The position numbers and the translations under genes were made by a program. Under the pieces are notes generated by a model that saw only the letters and a program-made list of their open reading frames with translations, ran no database searches and was not told the origin of the DNA. Positions 50,251 to 60,579 of a stretch of DNA of 64,000 nucleotides are shown here, one piece after another. This DNA is from an uncultured Chloroflexia bacterium (GTDB lineage Bacteria > Chloroflexota > Limnocylindria > Limnocylindrales > CSP1-4): the NCBI GenBank assembly GCA_963819655.1, contig CAWFXA010000002.1, forward strand, positions 736,001 to 800,000, written 5' to 3'. Every line of letters starts with the position of its first letter. Within the stretch, counting starts at the first letter, position 1.

Positions 50251-51513
50251 TCAGGCAGCGACTTCGGCCCGGTTCCGCCCGTTCGCCTTGGCTCGATACA
50301 GCGCCTCGTCGGCCCGCGCGAACCACTCGTCGTCCGACTGGCTCAGATCGGCCGGCGTGACCAGCACGCCGCCGAGGCTGATCGTGACGAGATTGGACGG
50401 CTCGTTCTGGGGATGCGCGATGGCGGCGCCGACGACCGCCTGCCGGATCCGCTCCGCGGCAGTCGCCAGATCGTCGATCGAATTCAGTCGCAGGAGCACG
50501 AGGAACTCCTCGCCACCGAAGCGGTAGACGGCGTCCTCGGCGCGGATCGTGTCCTTGATCACGGTCACGACCGCCTTGAGCACCGAGTCGCCGACGAGGT
50601 GACCGAACCCGTCATTCACGCGCTTGAACTGGTCGAGATCGATGACGACGAGTCCGTAGCTGTGGCGGAGCCGATCCATGCGAGCGCGAGCGGACCGAAG
50701 GTCCTCGCGCAGCCGGATCCGGTTGCCGGCACCGGTCAGCGGGTCCAGGCGCGAGGTCTCCTCGAGCTCGTGATGGACGCGGGCGAGCTCCGCCATGTCC
50801 GCGTCGGCGCGGCGATGAAGCGCCTTGATCCTCTCGAGCTGCATGTGATCGCGGATCTGCGCCCGCTTCAGCAGCACATGGCCCGCAAAGCTCGCGACGA
50901 CCGCGATCACCCCGACGACGATCAGGTCGCTGCGGTCGACGGCGCTCAGGACCGGACTCGGCCCGAACAGCAGGTAGCCGAAGCTGATCACCGCATAGCC
51001 GGCGAGCCAGCGGACGTGTGCCCGGGTGCCCCATGGCACGATCAGGGCGATGAGGCCCGGGATGAGCAGGAGATAGCCGATGGTCTGGATCGCCAGGCCC
51101 GGCAGCACGAAACCGGTCACGGCCGTCGCGAACGTGAGGGCGAGCGTCACCAGCCAGGTGACGGGCTCGGGCCGTCGGCGGAAGCCGCGACCGAGCGACA
51201 GGAACGCCAGGACCGCGAGGATCGCGACGGTGCCGTTGAGGGCGACGAGCAGCGGTCCCTGGCCGGATTGAAGCTCGTACAACGCCATCGCATCGAAGAT
51301 GACAGCGCCCGCGATGATGACGAAACCGACACGACTCGAGCTGACGGTGCGTCGACGCTGGACCGCACGGAAGCGGGGACTCGCCCCGACGGTCACATAC
51401 TCGCTCTGGCGGATTCTCGCCAGCACGGACCCGGCACGAAGGAAGCCCCATAGGCGCGGGGCATCTGCCCGTCGGGCCCCGACTCCGGACGCGAGTTGCG
51501 TTGGCGAGCGCAT
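50251..51513 (-). CDS. Membrane diguanylate cyclase (GGDEF)
   Basis: DPLTG, DLDQFKRVNDGFGH, RAED I-site, GGEEF; start uncertain. Confidence 0.92.
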   Translation of the reverse strand: MRSPTQLASGVGARRADAPRLWGFLRAGSVLARIRQSEYVTVGASPRFRAVQRRRTVSSSRVGFVIIAGAVIFDAMALYELQSGQGPLLVALNGTVAILAVLAFLSLGRGFRRRPEPVTWLVTLALTFATAVTGFVLPGLAIQTIGYLLLIPGLIALIVPWGTRAHVRWLAGYAVISFGYLLFGPSPVLSAVDRSDLIVVGVIAVVASFAGHVLLKRAQIRDHMQLERIKALHRRADADMAELARVHHELEETSRLDPLTGAGNRIRLREDLRSARARMDRLRHSYGLVVIDLDQFKRVNDGFGHLVGDSVLKAVVTVIKDTIRAEDAVYRFGGEEFLVLLRLNSIDDLATAAERIRQAVVGAAIAHPQNEPSNLVTISLGGVLVTPADLSQSDDEWFARADEALYRAKANGRNRAEVAA

Positions 51514-51631
51514 CGGCCGATCCTGCGCTTCGATCAGCCGGACGTCTCTGGCCTCATAGTCCGTTGTCGGTCATGCGTCCGAACACGGACCGCATGAGCC
51601 TGCCGCTCACCGTTCGCCGACCGCCCGACGC

Positions 51632-52963
51632 TCAGTCCGACGAGGTTCGATCCTCTGTCGGAGGGTCGGAAGGGCCGGCTTCCGGCGTCGTCGACAGCAG
51701 CTGCAGGACGACCTGGAACCCGATGACCAATGCTGCGCCGAGCAGTGCGATCTCGAGGCCGATCGCCAGCCAGACCAGGATGAAGACGATGATCCCGATG
51801 CCGATCCGCTCGGTGGCCTGTCGGTTCGTGCGGACGGTCTTCGCGAGCGTGTCGCGGTCGGGGGCTTTGGCGGTGGCACCCTGCACACCCGCACTCGCCG
51901 CCGTCCCGGCCCGCCCCGCCGCGTCGCCGACATACGAGGTCGTCGCGACGACCCATCTCGGTCGACCCCACAGATACGCGACGATCGCCACGATCGCGGT
52001 CGCGATGACGATGATCAAGGTGAGGCTGCGCAGGTCCTCGAGCGTCGCGCCGACCAGCGCGCGCACGGCCCCGGCGATGTCGCCGTCGGCGATCCCGCCG
52101 ACGATCACGTCCTCCGCGGTGCGAATCGCCAACCGCGCAAGGAGGAAGGCGACGATCGTGCCGATACCGAGGTAGATGAGCATCCGGCGTCGATCGACAG
52201 CCAGCCAGACCGTGAGGGCGACGAGGATCACGCTCAGGGTGACGAGGAGGACCACGACCACGTCGAAGATGCGAACGACCGTTTGGGCGGCGACAAGACG
52301 GTCGGCCGGCATGAGCTGGATCGTCCCGAAGTCGGGCGGAAGCGTCACACCGAGTGCCGTCTCCACGCGCTGCGCCAGCACGTCGGGGGCCTCCGGGGCG
52401 GCGAGGTCGGGCAACTGGGTCTCCGCTGGGATCAGCCCGATGGACTGCAGCTCGGTCAGTGCGACCCCGACGATCGGAAACACGTCGAGCGTCACGTAGC
52501 CGTCGACGACCGCCACGACCTCGGACTCGCCCCGTAACAGTCGGACGATCCGCTCGTGGCTGAACGACAGCGTGTCGACCAGTGCCGTCTGGATCCTGGG
52601 ATCCTGGAGCGCGACCTGGAGGCGTTGTTCGATCCCGCTGCTAACGGCCGCGGTCAAGGGCCCCGCCAGAGGCTTGAGCGCGTCCGGCAGTAGCGCGTCG
52701 AGGCGCGCCTGCACGCCGACCGCGTCGACGACCTGGGTACTGATACGGGCGCTGATCGGATCGGTGACCGCCGGGTCGGTCACGACGCCCTCGATGAGCG
52801 CGCTGAAGCGGTTGGTGTTCAGGGCCACCTGATGGGTCCAGATCGCCACTGTGGTCACGACGATCGTCAGGCAGGCAAGCAGAAATGCGACGCCGGTGAG
52901 CAGCCGCCTCGACCGACCGCGGCTCCGTCGGCTCGTGGTCACGATCACGTCGTCCTGCGCCAT
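51632..52963 (-). CDS. Hypothetical membrane protein
   Basis: 443 aa, N-terminal TM, extracytoplasmic domain, several C-terminal TM. Confidence 0.75.
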   Translation of the reverse strand: MAQDDVIVTTSRRSRGRSRRLLTGVAFLLACLTIVVTTVAIWTHQVALNTNRFSALIEGVVTDPAVTDPISARISTQVVDAVGVQARLDALLPDALKPLAGPLTAAVSSGIEQRLQVALQDPRIQTALVDTLSFSHERIVRLLRGESEVVAVVDGYVTLDVFPIVGVALTELQSIGLIPAETQLPDLAAPEAPDVLAQRVETALGVTLPPDFGTIQLMPADRLVAAQTVVRIFDVVVVLLVTLSVILVALTVWLAVDRRRMLIYLGIGTIVAFLLARLAIRTAEDVIVGGIADGDIAGAVRALVGATLEDLRSLTLIIVIATAIVAIVAYLWGRPRWVVATTSYVGDAAGRAGTAASAGVQGATAKAPDRDTLAKTVRTNRQATERIGIGIIVFILVWLAIGLEIALLGAALVIGFQVVLQLLSTTPEAGPSDPPTEDRTSSD

Positions 52964-53035
52964 CAGCTCATCCCTCGCGTCCGCCCCCGGCGACCAACAC
53001 TAGCAGGGCTGTCTCGCCCGGGCTCAGTGGCTGAG

Positions 53036-53095
53036 TTGACACCGGGCTACTTTACACCGTATGGTTACGGCGTCAGGTTTACAACGTAAAGTAGC
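53036..53095 (+). promoter_or_regulatory. TTGACA promoter with three TTAC-N3-GTAA-like boxes
   Basis: 53052-62, 53065-75, 53079-89; outer IR GCTACTTTAC/GTAAAGTAGC. Confidence 0.75.
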
Positions 53096-53106
53096 AGGAG
53101 TCCCCG

Positions 53107-54129
53107 ATGAAGGCGATCGTTCAAGACAGGTACGGTTCACCCGCCGTCCTGGAAACACGTGACATCGACAAGCCTGAGATCACCGACGACGAGGTCCTCG
53201 TCCGCGTCCATGCGGCGTCGATCCATGTCGGAGACTGGATCCTCATGACGGGCGATCCGTTCGTCATGCGCATGGCGACCGGGCTGCGCAAGCCCAGGAA
53301 CCCTGTTCCGGGTACGGATGTCGCGGGGACGGTCGAGGCTGTCGGCAAGGACGTACAGGGATTCGTCCCAGGCGACGAGGTCTTCGGTTGGGCCGCTGGC
53401 GCGTTCGCCGAGTACGCACGGGCGACCGAGGATCACTTCGTCAAGAAGCCGGCCAACCTCACGTTCGAGCAAGCGGCCGCCGTCGGCGTGTCCGCCACGA
53501 CAGCCCTGCAGCTGCTGCGCGATGACGGACACGTCCATCCCGGGCAGAAGGTCCTGATCAACGGGGCGTCAGGAGGGGTGGGCACGTTCGCCGTGCAGAT
53601 CGCCAAGGCCTTCGGGGCCGAGGTGACCGGGGTCTCGAGCACCAGGAACGTGGAGCTCGTCCGCTCGATCGGCGCTGACCATGTCATCGACTACACCGCC
53701 GAGGACTTCACGAAGGGCGGCCCACGCTACGACCTCATCCTCGACAATGTCGGGAACCACTCGATGTCCGAGACGAGGCGAGCGCTCACGCCCGAGGGAC
53801 GGCTGATCTCCAACGGTGGCGGACACGCAGGCGGAAAGCTCGGTCGGACGATCAGGACCGCCATCGTGTCCATGTTCGTGCGCCAGCAGGCCGGGCTGTC
53901 CTTGAAGACCCAGAACTCCGCCGACCTGGAGGTCCTCAAGGCGCTCGTCGAAGGCGGGAAGGTCACGCCGGTCATCGGCGGCACCTACCCGCTGGAGAGG
54001 ACGCCCGCAGCGATCGAGCACGTGGCACAAGGACACGCGCGAGGGACCGTCGTCATCAGCATGTCCCAGGGGTCCCCAGGTGCGACGGCTCCCGCGACCG
54101 CCATGACCCTGTCCGGAACGACCGCCTGA
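53107..54129 (+). CDS. NAD(P)-dependent alcohol dehydrogenase/quinone oxidoreductase (MDR)
   Basis: MKAIVQDRYGSP, GTDVAG, NGASGGVG, DHVIDY. Confidence 0.92.
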   Translation: MKAIVQDRYGSPAVLETRDIDKPEITDDEVLVRVHAASIHVGDWILMTGDPFVMRMATGLRKPRNPVPGTDVAGTVEAVGKDVQGFVPGDEVFGWAAGAFAEYARATEDHFVKKPANLTFEQAAAVGVSATTALQLLRDDGHVHPGQKVLINGASGGVGTFAVQIAKAFGAEVTGVSSTRNVELVRSIGADHVIDYTAEDFTKGGPRYDLILDNVGNHSMSETRRALTPEGRLISNGGGHAGGKLGRTIRTAIVSMFVRQQAGLSLKTQNSADLEVLKALVEGGKVTPVIGGTYPLERTPAAIEHVAQGHARGTVVISMSQGSPGATAPATAMTLSGTTA

Positions 54130-54183
54130 GCGTCGAGGCCGATCCCATCCAGGACCAGCAGGTCGTTTCGACCCGCGGCCCTG

Positions 54184-55164
54184 TCACCACCACCCCATGC
54201 GCTTCGTCCATCCGAGCATTCCCGCGACGACAAGGCCCATGAACGACAGCACCACCCCGAGCTGGATGACGTCGGTCCGGTCGCCGACGATGAGGTTCAT
54301 CCCGTAGATCGAGGCGATCGCCGTGACCGGCAGGAGCACCGCGGCGATCAACGCCAGCCGTTCCATCGCGACGTTCATGCGGGTGGTCGTCCGCGCCTGG
54401 TAGAAGTCGATGACGCCCTGCGCGAACTCCTTCTCGCTGTCGCTCATGCTCCGGACCCGTTCGAAGCGATCGATCAGGTCCTGGATCAGCGGCGGCGCCT
54501 CGGGCGGGATCATCCGCGTCAGCGCGGACATCCGGGCGAAGACATCGCCGGATTCGGCGGCCATGGTGCGGATCGACAGGAGCTCGTGTCGCACGAGGAA
54601 CATCTCCTCGAGGACGCGCACCGGGTCACCCAGCTCGCCCCGGACCTTCTCCTCGAGACCCGCGACCTGCACCGCCAGGCGCTCGAGCTGCGCGCCCTGG
54701 CGATTGGCCAGCGAGCTCACCATCGCGTAGGACAGCTCGAACGGAGTCGTGGCGTGGATCCGTCCCGTTTCGAGGCGCTCCACGATCTGCTCGGTCTCCG
54801 TGAAGCCGAGGGCCGTCGGGAGGTCCGGCGTCTGTGGTCCATGCGTCGTCACCAGGTAGCTGCGCCCGATGAACATGCCCACCTGGATGAGGTCGATGTG
54901 CCCGGTGTTGCCGGGTTCCGGGGCGTGCAGGACGACGAACATGTGATCCGGGTATGCGTGGATCTTCGGAAGGTGGCTTCGTTCGAGGATGTCGCGCACG
55001 GCCAGCTTGTGGAATCCGAAGCGCTCCGCAAGCGCTTTCGCTTTGTGGCTGTCGCACGAATCGACATCGACCCAGAGGAAGCCGTCGTCGCGCTCGAGGA
55101 GGGCCGGCACGTCCGCCCATTCGCGGGCCTCGATCCCCGACCGGGCGATCCAGCGAACGTCCAT
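54184..55164 (-). CDS. corA: CorA-family Mg2+ transporter
   Basis: FGFHKLAVRD, YGMN motif, two C-terminal TM. Confidence 0.88.
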   Translation of the reverse strand: MDVRWIARSGIEAREWADVPALLERDDGFLWVDVDSCDSHKAKALAERFGFHKLAVRDILERSHLPKIHAYPDHMFVVLHAPEPGNTGHIDLIQVGMFIGRSYLVTTHGPQTPDLPTALGFTETEQIVERLETGRIHATTPFELSYAMVSSLANRQGAQLERLAVQVAGLEEKVRGELGDPVRVLEEMFLVRHELLSIRTMAAESGDVFARMSALTRMIPPEAPPLIQDLIDRFERVRSMSDSEKEFAQGVIDFYQARTTTRMNVAMERLALIAAVLLPVTAIASIYGMNLIVGDRTDVIQLGVVLSFMGLVVAGMLGWTKRMGWW

Positions 55165-55378
55165 GCACGTCTCCAGAAGCGGCATCGGCGCGGAACCGCC
55201 AGCCCGGCGAGTATAGGCACGCCTCCCGCTGACACATTCCGTCTCGCCAGCGCGTTAACACCCCGACCATGGCGGGGATATCCTTCGGGTCCAGCCTTCA
55301 TCGCGAGTCGCCCACCCAGGACATGCGGACCGCGGCGCACGCGGGCCGGTGGCGGGTGACAGAAAGGGAGGAGACCCC

Positions 55379-56635
55379 ATGCGCCGAGGCTTGCGCATCG
55401 CAGCTGTTGCCGCGCTGCTCATTCTCATCGTCCCGATCGCCACGACGAATGCCACGTCGGGCTCGGTGCGCTTCGCGACATTCAATGCGTCACTGAATCG
55501 CAACGCCGCGGGCCAGGCGCTGACCGACCTCTCAGCGCCGGGCAACGCGCAGGCGGCCGCCGTCGCCGAGATCATCCAGCGAGTGCGCCCCGACGTCCTC
55601 CTGATCAACGAGTTCGACTTCTACCCGGACGAGGCCCTGGTCGACGCGTTCCGGGACAACTACCTCGCGGTCGCCCACAACGGGGCCCAGCCGATCGCCT
55701 ATCCCCATGCATTCGTGGCCCCGTCGAACACGGGCATCTCGTCGGGCTTCGACCTAAACAACAACGGCGTGACGGACACGACCCCGGGCGACGGCTCGTA
55801 CGGCGACGACAGCTTCGGGTTCGGCCTGTTCCCGGGACAGTTCGGGCTCGTCGTCCTCTCGCGCTACCCGATCGACCAGGACGCGGTTCGGACCTTCCAG
55901 CACTTCCTCTGGAAGGACATGCCCGGGGCGCGACTTCCGGATGACCCGAACACGCCCGCGCCCGCCGACTGGTATTCAGCGGACGAGCTCGCGGTCTTCA
56001 GGCTCTCGTCCAAGAGTCACTGGGACGTCCCGATCGACATCGACGGCAAGGCCGTGCATTTCCTCGTCAGCCACCCGACGCCGCCGGTCTTCGACGGACT
56101 TGAGGATCGGAACGGGACCCGCAACTTCGACGAGATCCGCTTCTGGGCCGACTACATCACGCCCGGTCCGAGGTCGTCCTACATCTACGACGACGATGGG
56201 GTGTTCGGCGGACTCATGCCAGGTTCACCGTTCGTGATCGCCGGCGACCAGAACAGCGACCCGCTCGACGGCGACAGCATCCCAGGCTCGATCCAGCAGC
56301 TGCTCGAGCATCCGCTGATCAACACCAAGAAGACGCCCGCGAGCGCCGGCGGCACCTTCTGGGCGGCTGCGCAGGACGCCCTGAATGACAGGCATCGGAG
56401 CGATCCCGCGTTCGACACCGCCGACTTCTGCGACACCGCAGTCGCGCCGCCCTGCAGTGGTCCGGGCAACCTCCGCGCCGACTACGTGCTGCCCCGCAAG
56501 GACCTGCGGATCACGGACTCTGCGGTGTTCTGGCCGACGGCCAGCAACCCGCTGGTCTACCTGACCGGCGCCGGTTTCCCGGTCCCGAGCTCGGATCACC
56601 GACTCGTCTGGGTCGATGTGTCCGTCCCGGGCTAG
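55379..56635 (+). CDS. Secreted endonuclease/exonuclease/phosphatase-family protein
   Basis: Signal peptide, ATFN, NEFD, SHPTPP, GDQN, RADYV, SDH. Confidence 0.9.
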   Translation: MRRGLRIAAVAALLILIVPIATTNATSGSVRFATFNASLNRNAAGQALTDLSAPGNAQAAAVAEIIQRVRPDVLLINEFDFYPDEALVDAFRDNYLAVAHNGAQPIAYPHAFVAPSNTGISSGFDLNNNGVTDTTPGDGSYGDDSFGFGLFPGQFGLVVLSRYPIDQDAVRTFQHFLWKDMPGARLPDDPNTPAPADWYSADELAVFRLSSKSHWDVPIDIDGKAVHFLVSHPTPPVFDGLEDRNGTRNFDEIRFWADYITPGPRSSYIYDDDGVFGGLMPGSPFVIAGDQNSDPLDGDSIPGSIQQLLEHPLINTKKTPASAGGTFWAAAQDALNDRHRSDPAFDTADFCDTAVAPPCSGPGNLRADYVLPRKDLRITDSAVFWPTASNPLVYLTGAGFPVPSSDHRLVWVDVSVPG

Positions 56636-56728
56636 GGCGAGCATCACGCCGGGCCAGGCCAGGCACAGCCCATCGCCGGACGGGCGATCGACCGGAGTGG
56701 CATAGACTCAAGGTCGGCACCCTATCGG

Positions 56729-56769
56729 CGGTCTGGTGACCACATGAACCGCGTTCGGTCACCAGACCG
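56729..56769. promoter_or_regulatory. Strong hairpin in the leader of the protease-MoxR operon
   Basis: CGGTCTGGTGACC / GGTCACCAGACCG 13-bp perfect IR plus inner GAAC/GTTC. Confidence 0.6.
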
Positions 56770-56796
56770 TGATCTCGACCACTGCCGGCTGAGGAG

Positions 56797-57627
56797 ATGA
56801 CCGAGGAGTCCAGCTCGCCAGGGCAGGAGCCGCCGCGACGGCCGGGCCGCCTCGGACGGTCGGTGCCGTTCGCGTCCGGCGCAGTCGTCGTGCTTCTCGC
56901 GGTCGTGGCCTATGGCGTCCTGTTCCCGGCTCCGCGCCTGACCGAGCAGGACGTCGATGCGCGCGTCGGCGAGGCCCTCGCATCGGTCACACCCGCGCCG
57001 GCGTTCTCGGAGCTCGTGTATCAGGCTGTGCGCCCATCGCTCGTCCTGGTGGAGACCAACGGGCCAGAGCCGAGCGGCGCGGCGACGCGGGCCACGGGGA
57101 TCGGCAGCGGCGTCGTCGTGAGCCAGGCCGGCGACATCCTCACGAGCTGGCATGTCGTGGCCGACGCGTCCGATATCCGGTTGACGTTCGCTGACGGGAC
57201 GCGATCCAACGCGGAGATCGTGAGCAGCCAGCCAGGGATCGACATCGCTGTCCTCCGCGCGACACGACCGCCCGCGGAGGTCGTACCGGCCACCCTCGGT
57301 GACCCGAACGGGGTGCGCGAGGGAAGCGAGGCCTACGCGTTGGGGAGTCCATTCGGCCTGGCGAGCTCGATCAGCGTCGGCGTCATCTCCGGCGTCGATC
57401 GGACGTTCGTCCTCGAGGACACCGACACCGTCCTGCGCGGCCTGATCCAGGTCGACGCAGCAGTCAATCCGGGGAACTCCGGCGGACCGTTACTGAATAG
57501 AGAGGGTCACGTCATCGGGATCGTGACCGCCCTCCTCAATCCGACGGGCGACGACGTCTTCGTCGGCATCGGTCTTGCCGTCCCGATCGACGTCGCGGGC
57601 GGGGCCGCCGGACTACCCCCGTACTAG
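56797..57627 (+). CDS. Membrane-anchored S1C serine protease, no PDZ
   Basis: TSWHV, DIAV, VNPGNSGG. Confidence 0.9.
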   Translation: MTEESSSPGQEPPRRPGRLGRSVPFASGAVVVLLAVVAYGVLFPAPRLTEQDVDARVGEALASVTPAPAFSELVYQAVRPSLVLVETNGPEPSGAATRATGIGSGVVVSQAGDILTSWHVVADASDIRLTFADGTRSNAEIVSSQPGIDIAVLRATRPPAEVVPATLGDPNGVREGSEAYALGSPFGLASSISVGVISGVDRTFVLEDTDTVLRGLIQVDAAVNPGNSGGPLLNREGHVIGIVTALLNPTGDDVFVGIGLAVPIDVAGGAAGLPPY

Positions 57628-57650
57628 CCGCAACTGCAAGGGAGCGACGA

Positions 57651-58664
57651 GTGGACCAGTCTTCCAGCCACGACCAGGTGGCGGCCCCGATGGAGCGCCT
57701 GCTGTACGAGGTCAAGAAGGTCATCGTCGGGCAGGATCATCTGCTCGAGCGCCTGATCGTCGCATTGCTGGCCCGCGGCCACATCCTCGTCGAAGGCGTG
57801 CCCGGACTCGCCAAGACGATGGCCATCAGGACGCTGGCCGAATCGATCGGCGGTGAGTTCAAGCGGATCCAGTTCACGCCCGATCTCGTTCCGGCAGACC
57901 TGATCGGGACGCGGATCTATAACCAGAAGACCGGCGACTTCGGGACGACGCTCGGTCCGGTCTTCGCCAACCTCCTGTTGGCGGACGAGATCAACCGCGC
58001 CCCGGCCAAGGTCCAGAGCGCGCTCCTCGAGGTCATGCAGGAACGCCAGGTGACGATCGGCAAGGAGTCGTTCAAGGTCCCGGACCCGTTCCTGGTCCTC
58101 GCGACGCAGAACCCCATCGAGACCGAAGGGACGTATGCGTTGCCGGAGGCGCAGATCGACCGGTTCATGCTCAAGGTGCTGGTCGGCTACCCGAGCCCCA
58201 CCGAGGAGTTCGTCATCGTCGAGCGGATGACCGGGGCATTCCCGTCGGTCCACCAGGTGTTGTCGACCGACGCCCTGATCGAGATGCAGCGTGCCACCGA
58301 CAAGGTGTACGTGGATCCGGCGCTGATGGCCTACGCGGTTCGCCTGGCCACGGCGACTCGAGAGCCGGAGGCGCACGGTCTGGCCGAGCTCAAGCGCTAC
58401 ATCACGTTCGGTGCGAGCCCGCGGGCCTCCATCAACCTCATCCTCACCGCTCGGGCCCTGGCCTTCGTGCGCGGCCGTGACTACGCCCTCCCCGAGGACG
58501 TCCTGGACATGGCCCTCGACGTGCTCCGGCACCGCCTCGTCCTGTCGTTCGAGGCACTGTCCGACGACGTGACCAGCGACGCCTTGCTGGAGACCCTGCT
58601 CGACCGGATCTCCGTTCCGGTCGTGCCGCTGCGCGAACACGGGAATGTCCACGTCAGCGCCTGA
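57651..58664 (+). CDS. moxR: MoxR AAA+ ATPase
   Basis: EGVPGLAKT, RIQFTPDL, DEINRA, ATQNPIE. Confidence 0.95.
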   Translation: MDQSSSHDQVAAPMERLLYEVKKVIVGQDHLLERLIVALLARGHILVEGVPGLAKTMAIRTLAESIGGEFKRIQFTPDLVPADLIGTRIYNQKTGDFGTTLGPVFANLLLADEINRAPAKVQSALLEVMQERQVTIGKESFKVPDPFLVLATQNPIETEGTYALPEAQIDRFMLKVLVGYPSPTEEFVIVERMTGAFPSVHQVLSTDALIEMQRATDKVYVDPALMAYAVRLATATREPEAHGLAELKRYITFGASPRASINLILTARALAFVRGRDYALPEDVLDMALDVLRHRLVLSFEALSDDVTSDALLETLLDRISVPVVPLREHGNVHVSA

Positions 58665-59541
58665 GCGCATCCTCCAGCGGCTCGACTGGCAGGTCATCCG
58701 CCGCCTGGATGGCTTGCTCCAGGGCGACTACGGGACGCTTTTCCACGGCAGTGGCGTCGACTTCGCGGACCTGCGCGAATACCAGTACGGGGACGACGTC
58801 CGCTACATCGACTGGAACGTCACGGCCAGGACGTCGACGCCGTATGTCCGCCAGTACATCGAGGACCGCGAGATCACCGCGTGGTTCCTGCTCGACCTCA
58901 GCCCATCGGTCGACTTCGGGTCCGCCGAGTCGGAACGGCTGAAGCGAGACGTGCTGGTCGATTTCGTCACGACGCTGGCCCGGCTCCTCACCCGCCGCGG
59001 CAATCGCGTCGGCGCGATCTTCTACGGGCGGCAGGTGGACCACACGATCCCCGCGCGCGGTGGTCGAGTCCACGTCCTGCGGCTCCTGAACGATCTCCTG
59101 CAGCAACCACGGCTGCCCGGGGCGCCGTTCACCGACCTCACGCCGCTCATGCAAGCCGGCCAGAAGATGATCAAGCGCCGCTCGCTGCTGTTCGTGATCT
59201 CCGACTTCATCAGCGCCCCCGGGTGGGAGCGTCCGCTCAACCTGCTGACCCGGCGACATGAGGTCATGGCCGTTCGGCTGTTCGACCGTCGCGAGGTCGA
59301 GCTGCCCGATGTCGGACCGTTGCTCATGGAGGATGCCGAGACCGGCGAGCAGCTGTATGTCGATACCCACGACAAGGCTTTCCGTCGACGTTTCCTCGAG
59401 GCATCGGAGCGCCGCGAGGCCACGCTGCGAGACGCGTTCCGGCGATCCGGCGTTGACGCGGTCTCGCTCTCGACCGAGGAGGATCTCGTCGGGGCGATCG
59501 TCCGCATGGCCACGCTCCGGCGCCGGCGGCGACGGAGGTAG
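58645..59541 (+). CDS. DUF58 protein
   Basis: DFADLREYQYGDDVRYIDWNVTAR, DLSPS, ISDF. Confidence 0.93.
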   Translation: MSTSAPERILQRLDWQVIRRLDGLLQGDYGTLFHGSGVDFADLREYQYGDDVRYIDWNVTARTSTPYVRQYIEDREITAWFLLDLSPSVDFGSAESERLKRDVLVDFVTTLARLLTRRGNRVGAIFYGRQVDHTIPARGGRVHVLRLLNDLLQQPRLPGAPFTDLTPLMQAGQKMIKRRSLLFVISDFISAPGWERPLNLLTRRHEVMAVRLFDRREVELPDVGPLLMEDAETGEQLYVDTHDKAFRRRFLEASERREATLRDAFRRSGVDAVSLSTEEDLVGAIVRMATLRRRRRRR

Positions 59542-59543
59542 GC

Positions 59544-60560
59544 GTGTCGTTCCTGTGGCCGACCATGCTGCTGCTGCTGGCGACGATCCCGCTCGGCGCG
59601 TTCCTGTATCGGAGGAACGAGGGTCGCCGGCGGCGGCGGATGGCCGAGCTTGGGCAGATGAGGGTCGGGCCGGGCACGAGCCACGCTGGGGCTCGGGTCG
59701 GCGTCGGTCGACGGATCCCGGCCGTCCTCATGCTTGCAGGCCTCACCGCCCTCGTCCTCGCGCTGGCCCGGCCGCAGAGCGTCGTGAGCACGCCGCGGTT
59801 CGAAGGCACGGTGATCCTGTCGTTCGACGTGTCGGGCAGCATGGCGGCCGACGACATGGCGCCGACGCGGATGGAAGCCGCCAAGGCAGCTGCCAGATCT
59901 TTCGTGGCTGGCCAGCCACCATCGATCCTGATGGGCGTCGTGGCGTTCAGCGATAGCGGCTTCTCGATGCTCGTGCCGACCCAGGACGAAACGGAGGTCC
60001 TCGCGGCGATCGACCGCCTGGATCCCGAGCGCGGCACGTCGATCGCGCGGGGGATCCTGTCCTCGCTCACCGTGATCGCCGCTGCAGAACGCGACCCGGC
60101 CGAGGGTTTCTACACGAATCGCTCGCCCGATCCGGTGACACTGCCCGACCTCGTGCCGGCCGGGACGTTCGTGCCCGCGGCCATCGTCCTGTTGACCGAC
60201 GGCGAGAACAACCAGAGGCCCGACCCGTTGGAGGCTGCCCAGGCCGCAGCCGACCGCGGGGTCCGCATCTTCACCGTCGGGATCGGCACGGCTGAGGGGA
60301 CGATACTCGAGGTCGAGGGTTTCAAGGTCCACAGCCGGCTCGACGAGCCGTCCCTTCAGCGGATCGCCGACATGACCGGCGGCGCGTACTACAGCGCCAC
60401 CGATCCGGCGCAGCTCGCGGCGATCTACGACAGCATCGAGACCCGCCTCGTCATGCGACCCGAGGCGACCGAGGTCACCTCGCTCTTCGCCGGGCTCGGG
60501 ATCGTGCTCCTGGTCGCCGGTGGCCTGGCGGGTCTGGTCTGGCTCGGGAGGCTCCCATGA
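59544..60560 (+). CDS. vWA-domain membrane protein (BatA-like)
   Basis: LARP, DVSGSM MIDAS, LLTDG. Confidence 0.92.
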   Translation: MSFLWPTMLLLLATIPLGAFLYRRNEGRRRRRMAELGQMRVGPGTSHAGARVGVGRRIPAVLMLAGLTALVLALARPQSVVSTPRFEGTVILSFDVSGSMAADDMAPTRMEAAKAAARSFVAGQPPSILMGVVAFSDSGFSMLVPTQDETEVLAAIDRLDPERGTSIARGILSSLTVIAAAERDPAEGFYTNRSPDPVTLPDLVPAGTFVPAAIVLLTDGENNQRPDPLEAAQAAADRGVRIFTVGIGTAEGTILEVEGFKVHSRLDEPSLQRIADMTGGAYYSATDPAQLAAIYDSIETRLVMRPEATEVTSLFAGLGIVLLVAGGLAGLVWLGRLP

Positions 60561-60579
60561 CGGAGGGGCGGGTCGTCTG

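Noticed and set aside
55165-55378. Possible Mg2+ (M-box) riboswitch upstream of corA
   Set aside because: No recognisable consensus; an Rfam scan would be needed
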